A stretch of 64,000 nt of DNA. Source: an uncultured bacterium (GTDB lineage Bacteria; Patescibacteriota; Minisyncoccia; UBA6257; 2-01-FULL-56-20). The stretch spans positions 98,723-162,722 of the forward strand of contig OY970358.1 of assembly GCA_963718575.1 (NCBI GenBank), given 5' to 3'. The notes below the pieces were generated by a model. That model did not search any database, had not been told where the DNA came from, and worked only from the letters and a program-made list of their open reading frames with translations. This document shows positions 17,941-27,058 of the stretch, piece after piece; positions within the stretch are counted from its first letter, which is position 1, and every line of letters starts with the position of its first letter. The translations under genes were made by a program, and so were the position numbers.

Positions 17941-19410
17941 CTACATCTCCACGTACCCTATCTTCGGCAACCCGAGCCCGTGCATTTTGACCATCCCCCA
18001 TATTAACCAAACAAACGCGTCACAGAGATCGTCGTGTTTTTCGTTACCCAATCCAAAGATCTGCTGGAGTAATTGCTCGCAGCCGACGCGTGGGAATAAA
18101 ACCGTGCCGTTCTTTATATACGGCGCAATCACCTCGAGCCGCGTGCGCTTGTCTTTCATCGCCACCATGCGCTCAACGGAGAGCAATGCATTTTCCATCT
18201 CCTGCGCCACAGCTTCCCCGACGTTGTTCTGCTCGCAATAGAAGAGATGCATGCCGTCGTGATCCATCTTCTTCATGAACTTTATAAACTCCGCGAGCCG
18301 CACGTGCTCGTTATACGGGTTTGGCATGACGTAAAGCTTCGCCTGATCGCCGCCTTCAAAGAGGAATGCCTTGCCATCCACCATCGCCATGAAGTCGGCG
18401 GATTCTTTCTGTGATAACGCGCAGTCGATGCCGTGCCCAGTGAATCCCGCGTCGGTCACCACGTGATCGAGCCCTTTCTTGTCGGTATACGTCTCCGGCA
18501 ATGTATCGTAGTAGCGGATGTCTTCCGGCTTCACCACCTGATCGGCGGGCGGCACGATCTGCAACAAATATTCGCGGGAGAATGCCGTGGCTCCCACGAG
18601 CTCGGCTTGTTTCTTAATCGCCACGGCCGTCGGAAAGAGTGCGGGCCATGCGCAATGTTTTGCGAGCCCCGCGTAATCGGTGCCGCGATAATCCCCTGCA
18701 AGCCGATACTCAAGCACCTTGTCCATGCGATCCTTCATGCGGGCAAGGAGGCAATCGTCGTGGAGCAGGTTTCCGATAAGGACAAGCTTGCGCCGTTGGG
18801 GATCAAGCGCCGGGATTACCTCGTTCACGAGCCAGTTCTCGCTCTTATCGCGATTGCCCTGCGTCTTCACCCACTCCGTATCTTCGGGATCGTCAAGAAT
18901 GAGCAGTGAGGGACGCGCGTGGCCGTGTTTGATGCCACGGATCTTCTGCCCGCGCGACCTGGCAATGATGCGAACGCCGTTTGAGAGAAGGAGGTTCTGT
19001 TTCTGCCATTCTTCCCCTTTGATCTTCCACTCCTCAGGATCTTTCCCTTTCACGATGCCGAAGTCCGCCTTCAGGACAAAATTATTGTCGAGCTCGCGCT
19101 TGATGTTTGCGATCACCTGGCTCGATTGCGAGAATTTGTCGCCGACGAGCACGATGTACTGATACCGTTCGGGATGCACGAGCGCGGCCCAGAGCGGCAG
19201 CGCCAGGCTGCCGTAGAAACTCTTCGCGCTCTGGCGGAACCCCAATATTTCAAGGAACTCGCAGCTGTGATCGCCCAACGCATCCGCCATCTCTTTATGG
19301 AATCCGGCGGGCGGAAGCGAGAGGCCGTCCGCGAGATAGACCTGCGTGAATCCCCAGAGCGTCTTCGCCATCTCCCGCCGGACGTTATAATCTTCGAATT
19401 GGTGTTTCAT
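17941..19410 (-). CDS. Phage terminase large subunit
   Basis: FRQSAKS Walker A, GQKIRG, LLILDDPED Walker B, nuclease motifs GIDCA...DF...HDDLCDA. Confidence 0.88.
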   Translation of the reverse strand: MKHQFEDYNVRREMAKTLWGFTQVYLADGLSLPPAGFHKEMADALGDHSCEFLEILGFRQSAKSFYGSLALPLWAALVHPERYQYIVLVGDKFSQSSQVIANIKRELDNNFVLKADFGIVKGKDPEEWKIKGEEWQKQNLLLSNGVRIIARSRGQKIRGIKHGHARPSLLILDDPEDTEWVKTQGNRDKSENWLVNEVIPALDPQRRKLVLIGNLLHDDCLLARMKDRMDKVLEYRLAGDYRGTDYAGLAKHCAWPALFPTAVAIKKQAELVGATAFSREYLLQIVPPADQVVKPEDIRYYDTLPETYTDKKGLDHVVTDAGFTGHGIDCALSQKESADFMAMVDGKAFLFEGGDQAKLYVMPNPYNEHVRLAEFIKFMKKMDHDGMHLFYCEQNNVGEAVAQEMENALLSVERMVAMKDKRTRLEVIAPYIKNGTVLFPRVGCEQLLQQIFGLGNEKHDDLCDAFVWLIWGMVKMHGLGLPKIGYVEM

Positions 19411-19418
19411 GACGTTCG

Positions 19419-19985
19419 TTATTTATCCCCCGGGGCGTCTGGGGAATCCGAAATGTTCAAACTCCCGGGGTCGTCCTTTCTTGTTTCTTCCTTCTTTTCG
19501 GTTGGCGCGGGCAACGGCGGTTTCGCTGATGGTTCGGTATCTTTCCATTTCTCTGTAACTGTGGGAGAGAAAACAACTTTGGTACGCGCTTTCTCTCCGA
19601 AAACATCGCCATCCTCGATCTGGTCCGACGCAAGAAGCATCTGGTAACGCATCTCGCTTATCTTCGCTATCGTATTGAGCGCCCCCAATCTGATCGAAGG
19701 GGTGATGGCATTATCGGTCGCGATGTACCATGCTCGCGCGAGCGCTTCACTCAGGTTGCCATCGTGTTCGGCAAGCGCCCGCTCCGCCGTCTGGCGACGC
19801 ACACGCTGAATCCGACGGAGGATGGCGATGTCGCGTAATCTCCCGATATAATTTTCGGTGACATTGTGAATTTCGTTCCGATTCAAGACCTTGATGAGCT
19901 CGACGACCGTGATCTCGGGATTTTGAATCCAAATTTTCCCGATTGTAGCGATGATAAATTCCCGCATGGCTTCTCCTCTGTTCAT
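19419..19985 (-). CDS. Probable terminase small subunit-like protein
   Basis: Helical, N-terminal HTH-like, immediately upstream of TerL; assignment mainly by position. Confidence 0.5.
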   Translation of the reverse strand: MNRGEAMREFIIATIGKIWIQNPEITVVELIKVLNRNEIHNVTENYIGRLRDIAILRRIQRVRRQTAERALAEHDGNLSEALARAWYIATDNAITPSIRLGALNTIAKISEMRYQMLLASDQIEDGDVFGEKARTKVVFSPTVTEKWKDTEPSAKPPLPAPTEKKEETRKDDPGSLNISDSPDAPGDK

Positions 19986-20076
19986 GTGATTAGGTGCCCC
20001 GTGGTTCAGGAGAAATAAAAAATCCCCTCGCGTTCGGGGTGGAACAGCGTGAAGCGTCCTAACTTATGTCAGGGCT

Positions 20077-20121
20077 TCAGTCGCGCATGAAAGAATTGAG
20101 CTGTAGTACCTTCTTGGTCAT
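20077..20121 (-). CDS. Putative 14-aa leader peptide MTKKVLQLNSFMRD
   Basis: ATG 6 nt after TATAAT (20128-33); stop codon in 5' arm of hairpin 20047-20086. Confidence 0.35.
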   Translation of the reverse strand: MTKKVLQLNSFMRD

Positions 20122-20300
20122 AACTCCATTATACAACGTTGTCATAATTTCATCTGTGGATTTCTCCGCCGCAAAAGTAAATCTTATGGGAAACAAAATA
20201 ATATTACAAAATATATTTTGTAATCTGTCCATTATTTTATATACCAATCCACCCCCCGATTTCTATTCCAAAATATGCCATCAGATGATACAGTTTAGGC

Positions 20301-20510
20301 ATGAGCAATAAGGACAGAATATACATAGAACGGCGTCCTGAGGGCGATTATGCGGTCAGGAAGGAGGACTCTGAAAGGGCCTCCGCTGTTGCCCCCACCC
20401 AGAAGGAAGCCATCGAAATAGCCCGGGAAATGAACCCCGGTATCGCCCCGGACGTTGAGCGCGTCCGATACACGAATCGCGGAAAGCCCGATCAATGGCG
20501 AAGGGCATAA
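20301..20510 (+). CDS. DUF2188-family protein
   Basis: YAVRKEDSERASAVAPTQKEAIEIARE signature. Confidence 0.8.
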   Translation: MSNKDRIYIERRPEGDYAVRKEDSERASAVAPTQKEAIEIAREMNPGIAPDVERVRYTNRGKPDQWRRA

Positions 20511-20624
20511 GCCCCGAAAACCCGCAACTGGGACGGGTCTGATTTTCACATTTTCTGAATCCCCTAAAAATCCTTACACGGCTTGCAAAAGCCTTTAGTC
20601 TGTAATGGCGCCACACAGCAGAAC

Positions 20625-20653
20625 TTGACATTTCTATATATTTATATTAGAAT
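20625..20653 (+). promoter_or_regulatory. Near-consensus sigma70 promoter
   Basis: TTGACA-N17-TAGAAT. Confidence 0.75.
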
Positions 20654-20669
20654 CTGAGTGGAGGGTTTT

Positions 20670-20789
20670 ATGCAAGCCGAATATGCTCAACGTTCCGGAG
20701 AATCACATGCCGAGTGGCTTAATCGCATCTACGAGATGGCTCATGTCACTGCTGAAGAAAAGGGTGGTTGGAAATCGATTCAGAATTGA
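20670..20789 (+). CDS. 39-aa small protein MQAEYAQRSGESHAEWLNRIYEMAHVTAEEKGGWKSIQN (not in ORF track)
   Basis: Consensus promoter, GGAGG RBS, downstream terminator. Confidence 0.55.
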   Translation: MQAEYAQRSGESHAEWLNRIYEMAHVTAEEKGGWKSIQN

Positions 20790-20855
20790 TCGCCATCCTC
20801 CTCAACAACATGAAGGGCTTGCTCCCAAAACTGGGATAGTTCTCCCTTCCAACAT

Positions 20856-20892
20856 AGCGGTGTTTCCCTACCCCAGGGAACGCCGCTTTTTT
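20856..20892 (+). terminator. Intrinsic terminator
   Basis: AGCGGTGTTTCCCT...AGGGAACGCCGCT followed by T-run. Confidence 0.7.
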
Positions 20893-22546
20893 ATTGAGCC
20901 TGCTTCTCCAAGTTTGCGAGTTCGGCTTCGAGCGTCTGGATCTCTGCGGTCAACAACGCCGTTGAAGATCCGGAAGAAACGCTTGTACCAGTAGAAAGTG
21001 CATTTAAAGCGCTCCTTGTCTTTGGACCAACCAGACCCCATCCTGCGCCGCCGGTGCACGCAATATTTTCCGCACATTGGAATTTTTCCACCGCATTTCG
21101 GGTAAGGTTACCGTAGAATCCGGTCGCATCAACCGAAGCAAGATAGCCATTTTGCACAAGAATTGATTGTAACGCACTCACTTGCGTATTACGCAGACCA
21201 TAATAGAGCGATTGGGTGATAGCAGGCAAAACGGATGAAGGCGCAGTAACCGTTGGAGTTGAAGTCGAAGGTGAAGCGACCACCGCGGGGGTTGTGACAA
21301 CCGGCGGCGGTAAGGTCGCCATAGGGGCGGGAGCGAATGCAGAAATAATGACGCTTGACGTTGCCGACATTCCGGAAACAGCACCGCTCACATCGCTCGC
21401 GGTCACGTTATACGAGTAAAGCGTTCCTGTCGCAAGCATCCCCGTGTCCGAATAATTCGTCGAAGAGACCGTCGCGATCTGGGTGCCATTGCGATATACC
21501 GTGTAGCCGGTAATGACAAGCGGGTCGATCGATTCCACCCACGTGAGAGCGACGCTCGAGGTCCCCGTTTGCGTCGCCGTCAATGCGTAGGGAGCTCCCG
21601 GTCCGTTGTACTGCAATATGGTCACGCTCACCGGAGATGATTCCATGGAGACATTTCCCGCTACGTCATATGCCGCTATTTGATAGCCATAGGTAAGACC
21701 CGTAGAAAGTCCGCTATCGGCATATGAAGGTACCGACGCACTCGCGATCTGAACACCGTTCCTAAACACCTGATATCCTGCAAGGCCGGACGGATCGGTC
21801 GAGCTTGCCCATGTGATATTTACGCTCCCGGCGCCGGCCTGTTGGACGGAAACTTTCGTCGGCGTGGTGGGCGGAATGGTGTCCACGACAACCGTCACGG
21901 TGGCAGACGATGGCGCTGAAATATTCTGTGCCGCGTCGTATGCAACGATCTTATACGTATAAGTGCCCTGCGGAACGGTGTCGGTTATCGAAGTGCCGGT
22001 GAACGCCGATGTGCTTGAAGTGATCGATATTCCGTTGCGATAGACGTAATACCCTGCGACCCCGATCGCGTCCGAAGATGGATTCCACGAAATGGTGAGC
22101 GTCACCGGGGTGTAAAAGGAATTTGTGGAAGTGGTTCCGGCGATCGTCACGCCGGACGGGGTCGTCGGCGGCGTGGTGTCCGCAATAAGCGTCACACCCG
22201 CCGGCGACGACAGTGCTGAAGTGATGCCGTTCGCGTCGTACGCAGCCACGGTATAACTATAGACACCGGGCGAAAGATCGCCGTCTACGATCGATGTCCC
22301 GGCAGTGGTCGCAATATTCGCGCCGTTACGATACACATAATATCCCTCGATGGTTCCCGATGTTTCGGTTGAAGCCGACCAGGAAACGGTGACTTGTTTC
22401 GGCGTATCCGAAGTCGTCGCGGTGAGTCCGGTCGGGGCAGAAGGCAACGTAACGGCAACTTGAGCGTTTACAACAGAATACCCGACCAGCATCGAGGCAA
22501 CCCCGGCGATAAAAATTAAAACAAAGAGTCCGTTTCTTGCTGACAT
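20891..22546 (-). CDS. Secreted fibronectin type III repeat protein with C-terminal peptidoglycan-binding domain
   Basis: Signal peptide; four W..S...GY.VYRNG...Y.Y...AYD repeats; VSALQSIL...TGFYGNLTRNAVEKFQ. Confidence 0.85.
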   Translation of the reverse strand: MSARNGLFVLIFIAGVASMLVGYSVVNAQVAVTLPSAPTGLTATTSDTPKQVTVSWSASTETSGTIEGYYVYRNGANIATTAGTSIVDGDLSPGVYSYTVAAYDANGITSALSSPAGVTLIADTTPPTTPSGVTIAGTTSTNSFYTPVTLTISWNPSSDAIGVAGYYVYRNGISITSSTSAFTGTSITDTVPQGTYTYKIVAYDAAQNISAPSSATVTVVVDTIPPTTPTKVSVQQAGAGSVNITWASSTDPSGLAGYQVFRNGVQIASASVPSYADSGLSTGLTYGYQIAAYDVAGNVSMESSPVSVTILQYNGPGAPYALTATQTGTSSVALTWVESIDPLVITGYTVYRNGTQIATVSSTNYSDTGMLATGTLYSYNVTASDVSGAVSGMSATSSVIISAFAPAPMATLPPPVVTTPAVVASPSTSTPTVTAPSSVLPAITQSLYYGLRNTQVSALQSILVQNGYLASVDATGFYGNLTRNAVEKFQCAENIACTGGAGWGLVGPKTRSALNALSTGTSVSSGSSTALLTAEIQTLEAELANLEKQAQ

Positions 22547-22594
22547 AAGAACTTCATTATACTGCTTTTTATCCAAAGATTCAGAATTATTTTC

Positions 22595-22603
22595 TGTGGA
22601 TAA
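22595..22603. promoter_or_regulatory. DnaA-box-like motif (TTATCCACA on minus strand)
   Basis: Exact TGTGGATAA, intergenic; also at 42268, 45584, 63240. Confidence 0.55.
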
Positions 22604-22640
22604 CTTCCCCCACGGGCATCACATATGATAAAATCAGTAT

Positions 22641-23279
22641 ATGAAAAAGAAGAGGGGCTCGGGGTTTACGCTCATCGAGCTGCTTGTTGTCATTGCCATC
22701 ATCGCCATTCTTGCCGTGGTGGTTATTCTGACCCTCAACCCCGGCGAGCTTTTACGCCAATCACGCGATTCGAACCGCATCTCCGATATGGCCACGTTGA
22801 AGAACGCGCTTGGAGAGTATACCGTCGATCAAAGCGTGATTGCAGGATTTACGCTGGGAACGACGACGGTCTGCTATAACTCCACGAACGGTTCATCGAC
22901 TTTTTATACCCCGAACGCCTCGGGAACGTGGGCCACAACAAGCAGTTGCGCTGCATGGTTTGCCTCCGGCCTTTCCACCGCTTCAACGAGCGGACGCGGC
23001 ATAAACGGCACCGGTTGGCTTCCGGTAGATTTTGCCTCAACCACCTCCGGATCTCCGATTGCCACACTGCCGGTCGACCCCCTGAACACCGATGGCACCG
23101 GGTCCACGAAATCGACCGGGGCATTCTTCTACGGATATATCAGCGGTGGCACAACGTATAAACTTTCGGCGTTCATGGAAAGCATCAAATTCTCGACCGC
23201 CGGATCAAACGATGTTGAGACCAACGACGGAGGGATTAATAACTACGTTTACGAACAAGGCTCAAACCTTGCGCTCTAG
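22641..23279 (+). CDS. Type IV pilin-like protein
   Basis: Prepilin N-methylation motif GFTLIELLVVIAII. Confidence 0.9.
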   Translation: MKKKRGSGFTLIELLVVIAIIAILAVVVILTLNPGELLRQSRDSNRISDMATLKNALGEYTVDQSVIAGFTLGTTTVCYNSTNGSSTFYTPNASGTWATTSSCAAWFASGLSTASTSGRGINGTGWLPVDFASTTSGSPIATLPVDPLNTDGTGSTKSTGAFFYGYISGGTTYKLSAFMESIKFSTAGSNDVETNDGGINNYVYEQGSNLAL

Positions 23280-24358
23280 CCGAGGAAATTCTTGATGCGC
23301 GCGGCAAGCTCCTCCTGAAGTTTCCTGTTCACTTTCTTTCCGGCAAGGAATAGAAAATTATAATCGGAGGGATAACCGGCGAGTTCCATAAAGCCCACAC
23401 CTTTCATTTTTTTGCCCCCGATCGTGCCCGTGATCGTTATAGGACCTTCCCAATAATTAATGGAGCCGAATATCATTTCCTGCTCGGCGATCATGGCAGA
23501 AGCGCGAAGAACAATATCTTTCCCGGGAATGGTGATTGTCCACGAAAGTGGATATTCCGCTTTTGTTGCTTTGCTTTTCCAGGTTTCACTGCCGGGAGAA
23601 AAGGTCGCATACCGAAGATGCGTCGCCGTACCGCGGGCATCGAGCATGTCGACGATCTGGTCCTTTCCTTTCCCGTCATCATATTCAACGCACATAATAT
23701 CGATGCCGCCGTCAAGCTGGATGGAAAACCATGTCCACTTGTCCTTCGCGTACGGCGTATCCGCCCACTGGTGATCCATCCATGATCGTCCCGTCACCGA
23801 ACTCCACGCACCTTCCGCGCCCGTACGGATCATGCCGGTCGTCTTAAGATCGGTGAGTGAATAATAAAAGCTTTCCCGACCGCGCACGGTGATGAATCCC
23901 TCTCCGCCCTCGAGCATCGGTTCTCTTTTTGATTCCAGTACAAGATCGAGCGTTTCGGTTTTGATATGGAATGTTCCCGGCGAGGTTTCCGCCATCTCAT
24001 GGGCCACAAAGCCGCCGGCGACGGAGACGGGATCGATATAATTCGCATAGAACTGCGGGCGCTTGAAACTATCGCGCGAAGCGAGCGAAATGTTCTGCAC
24101 GTCCTTTGCGCTTTTCCCCGCACCAAGATCCGCGAGCATCGAATGGGCAAACAATGCAAAACGTCCGGACTTCGTCCGCGCAAAAAGATTTTTGAAATAG
24201 GGAATTTTTACTTTGTCCACATTCGCGCGGAACAGGCAGTCCATGAACGCATACTGATTTCCTTTTTCGTCCATCAGATATCCATTGAAATACCACCATT
24301 CGATGACGGTATCGTGCGGCTGGACATCATCCGGAAACTGTATCGCCCGCGGCTTCAT
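23276..24358 (-). CDS. CrtC/AttH-like lipocalin-fold protein
   Basis: EWWYFNG, SFYYS, WMDHQW, WTWFSIQL, YWEG, GFMELAGY. Confidence 0.82.
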   Translation of the reverse strand: MKPRAIQFPDDVQPHDTVIEWWYFNGYLMDEKGNQYAFMDCLFRANVDKVKIPYFKNLFARTKSGRFALFAHSMLADLGAGKSAKDVQNISLASRDSFKRPQFYANYIDPVSVAGGFVAHEMAETSPGTFHIKTETLDLVLESKREPMLEGGEGFITVRGRESFYYSLTDLKTTGMIRTGAEGAWSSVTGRSWMDHQWADTPYAKDKWTWFSIQLDGGIDIMCVEYDDGKGKDQIVDMLDARGTATHLRYATFSPGSETWKSKATKAEYPLSWTITIPGKDIVLRASAMIAEQEMIFGSINYWEGPITITGTIGGKKMKGVGFMELAGYPSDYNFLFLAGKKVNRKLQEELAARIKNFLG

Positions 24359-25020
24359 TAAAATAGTTTCGTCTCCCCCGTCGCGAGCGCGACGAATTCA
24401 ACGCCGTCCGACTTGAGAAAATTCTGGAGCATGGTCGCGACGAATCCTCCGAACCCCGGGACGATCATTCCGTCGTGCACGCCGAACGCGACGCGCGGCG
24501 TTACGGTCTTTGCAAAATCGATCGCCTCGCTGATCTTCATCCATGGTCCGGTGACGGGAAGTGCAAGCACATCGATCGGCCGCTTGGGATTGTGGAACGA
24601 ATCGCCGGGAAAATAGAATTTTCCGGCGACCATATAGCCGGTGTTCTCGACAAGCCCCATCGTGCCGTAGATCGTCGCGTGATCCTTTCCGAGGCCTTCG
24701 ATTAAAATGCCTCCGGCGCCGTTGATCGCACCCACCGTCGCGGATTGCGCATCACCCACCACTGTGCACGGAATATTCTTTTCCGCGAGAAGCTTTGCCA
24801 CCGCGCCATTACTTACCACCGTCGCCGTCGGATTGTTCTTTAACACCGCCTCGATCGATTCGATATGAAAATGATCCGCATGCTCGTGGGTGATCAGGAT
24901 GATATTGATGCCGGTCACCGCCTTGACCGGTTCCGTCGTGAACGTCCCCGGATCCGTAAGAACTCTTACCCCGTTCTCTTCCAGGACCAAACAGCAATGC
25001 CCGAGTTTTGTGATGTTCAT
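24358..25020 (-). CDS. MBL-fold metallo-hydrolase
   Basis: GHCC, TDPG, THEHADH, GDS; start MNITKLG. Confidence 0.88.
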   Translation of the reverse strand: MNITKLGHCCLVLEENGVRVLTDPGTFTTEPVKAVTGINIILITHEHADHFHIESIEAVLKNNPTATVVSNGAVAKLLAEKNIPCTVVGDAQSATVGAINGAGGILIEGLGKDHATIYGTMGLVENTGYMVAGKFYFPGDSFHNPKRPIDVLALPVTGPWMKISEAIDFAKTVTPRVAFGVHDGMIVPGFGGFVATMLQNFLKSDGVEFVALATGETKLF

Positions 25021-25056
25021 ATGTATATTATAACAGGAAAATGCTAATTTTATTTC

Positions 25057-25296
25057 ATGGCTTATTTCGTATACCTGCTGGAATGCGCGGATAAAAGCAT
25101 TTATACGGGGATCACTACGGACGTTGTGCGGCGGTTTGCCGAACATAAGGACGGTATCGGCTCGCATTATACCCGCGCGCATGGCGCAAAGAAAATGCTT
25201 TATATGGAAAAGCATGCGACGCGGAGCACGGCGCTCAAGCGCGAAGCGGAAATAAAGCACTGGACGCGGAGCAAAAAACTGGGGCTCATCGGCTGA
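25057..25296 (+). CDS. GIY-YIG nuclease (UPF0213/YazA-like)
   Basis: YFVYLLECADKSIYTGITTD...RF.EH...ALKREAEIK. Confidence 0.88.
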   Translation: MAYFVYLLECADKSIYTGITTDVVRRFAEHKDGIGSHYTRAHGAKKMLYMEKHATRSTALKREAEIKHWTRSKKLGLIG

Positions 25297-25322
25297 TAAA
25301 GTTCAGGCTGCGTTCAATGCTG

Positions 25323-26942
25323 TTACTTTCCTGCGTTCAATGCCGCGCGCGTGCCCGGGCCGACATAACCATACGTATTAATGTCGTTTGCCGCCTGATA
25401 TTTTTTCACTGCGGCTTGCGTAAGCGCGCCATAATAACCGGTAACCGGGCCGGTGAAATACCCGTCGGCGGTCAGGCGCTCTTGCAGCGCCGTCACCTGG
25501 GCATTCTGCGATCCGACGCCGAGAAATTCTGTAAAGTCGAAACCCGCAGAACCGTCGAGGTTGCCGGATGGAGCCGTGTTTCCCGCCGCCTGCGCCTCGA
25601 GCGCGGTCAGCTGGCTCTCAAGCGATGCAAGCTGGGAGGCGGTGACGGATGAATTAGTGTTGGTCGCAGCTGCCGTCGTCGGCGCATCAACCGTAAACGA
25701 TGAGATGGTAAGCGCCCCGCTCTGAATCCCTGATCCGTTTACGATCGCAATGCTGCATGAGCTGTAAGTGCCGTTCGGGAGCGCGTTAAACGTGATCGTG
25801 TTGGAGCCGATCACAGCGGAATCTGTCGGACTACTGCATCCACCGGCATACACAATCGTTCCCGGCTGATTAGTATAAAACGTATAGCTTGGCGTTGCGG
25901 ACGTTGTCGTCACCGGCACGGGCGTCACCTGCGAAACCGAGGCGGCCGTGGTGTATCCGCTTATGCTAAGGGATCGTTGCACGTCATACCCGGATGCCGG
26001 AGCGCTGACATTGCCGTATTGGTCGGTCAACGTCACGCCGCTGATCTGCAATGGTGTTGACTGGCTCGACTGGCCGGCGGCAAGAATATACGTAGCAACG
26101 TAGTTCAATCCATTATTCGTGGTCACCCACGAAAGCGGCACTCCATTATATGAACCAGTGACATGTCCGTTCGGCTCGGCGACGGCAGGAGTAAGCGTGA
26201 AGGTGATGGAGTCGCCGACATTTAAAACCCCCGCCGTGTTTGCGTTTGACGTGATGGAGGAGATTGCGGCGTTCCCCGTATTGCTCGATACCGTCCCGTT
26301 GCTGGTATAGGAAAACGAAATGTTGCTCTCATTATTGTTGTTATCCTCGATTGTAAACGTGACCGGGATCATCTCCATGGAGTCGCCGGACTGCATCGTG
26401 TAGTTTGCAGTATACGGCCCGGTGCCACTGCCGCTCACGGAAACCGAATGCCCGTCAATATTCATATCCAGCACGTTGACCTGCTCGTTGGTATTGAATG
26501 TCGCGGTAAGCGTATTGTTTGTCCCTGCAAACGAACCATTTCCATCATTTGACGAAAGGCCGAATCCCGTGATTGCAGGACCAATGGAACCCACAATATT
26601 CCATGTGGCACCGCCGAAGTATTGCTGATCGCTCACATCCTGCACGTTGGTGCCGATCGTGAGATAGCCCGTCGCACCCCCCGCTACGGAATTCTCCAAT
26701 GTGAGCGTGATCGTCGCAGTACCACTGCCGCTGACCGCAGTGACGGTATTTCCCGCATATGAACCGGTAAAATCAAAATAATCGCTGGGACTTGTGTAGA
26801 CCGGTTCGGAGTACATAACCGTGATGATATTCGGCCCGGTCAATTTGACGCTCTGAACGGTGGTCGCCGCAAAAGCACTTGGTGCGATGGCCGCAAAACC
26901 TATGACAACCAGCGGCAACAGTATAAAAAGTTTGGTCTTCAT
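25323..26942 (-). CDS. Secreted Ser/Thr-rich beta-sandwich protein with C-terminal peptidoglycan-binding domain
   Basis: Signal peptide MKTKLF...AFA; VTALQERL...TGYYGALTQAAVKKYQ...VGPGTRAALN. Confidence 0.82.
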   Translation of the reverse strand: MKTKLFILLPLVVIGFAAIAPSAFAATTVQSVKLTGPNIITVMYSEPVYTSPSDYFDFTGSYAGNTVTAVSGSGTATITLTLENSVAGGATGYLTIGTNVQDVSDQQYFGGATWNIVGSIGPAITGFGLSSNDGNGSFAGTNNTLTATFNTNEQVNVLDMNIDGHSVSVSGSGTGPYTANYTMQSGDSMEMIPVTFTIEDNNNNESNISFSYTSNGTVSSNTGNAAISSITSNANTAGVLNVGDSITFTLTPAVAEPNGHVTGSYNGVPLSWVTTNNGLNYVATYILAAGQSSQSTPLQISGVTLTDQYGNVSAPASGYDVQRSLSISGYTTAASVSQVTPVPVTTTSATPSYTFYTNQPGTIVYAGGCSSPTDSAVIGSNTITFNALPNGTYSSCSIAIVNGSGIQSGALTISSFTVDAPTTAAATNTNSSVTASQLASLESQLTALEAQAAGNTAPSGNLDGSAGFDFTEFLGVGSQNAQVTALQERLTADGYFTGPVTGYYGALTQAAVKKYQAANDINTYGYVGPGTRAALNAGK

Positions 26943-27058
26943 GGTGCTTACCTGACTCATTATACTACACGGAAGCGGAGAAAGGTGCACCGGGTCAATG
27001 CTCTATGGACAAACTCGCGATTTTTTTATTCGCCGGAACGGGCTGGCACGCCGGCGCC

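Larger units (their letters stand above)
1707..20510. mobile_element. Putative integrative element/defence island with two large serine recombinases and terminase genes (boundaries approximate)
   Basis: Cluster of LSRs, Type I R-M, nucleases, helicase, TerS/TerL and DUF2188; host-like genes resume to the right; no att direct repeat proven. Confidence 0.65.

Noticed and set aside
17941-19985. Complete prophage
   Set aside because: No portal, capsid, tail or lysis genes in the window
22595-22603. Replication origin
   Set aside because: Boxes are isolated and dnaA/dnaN are not in the window
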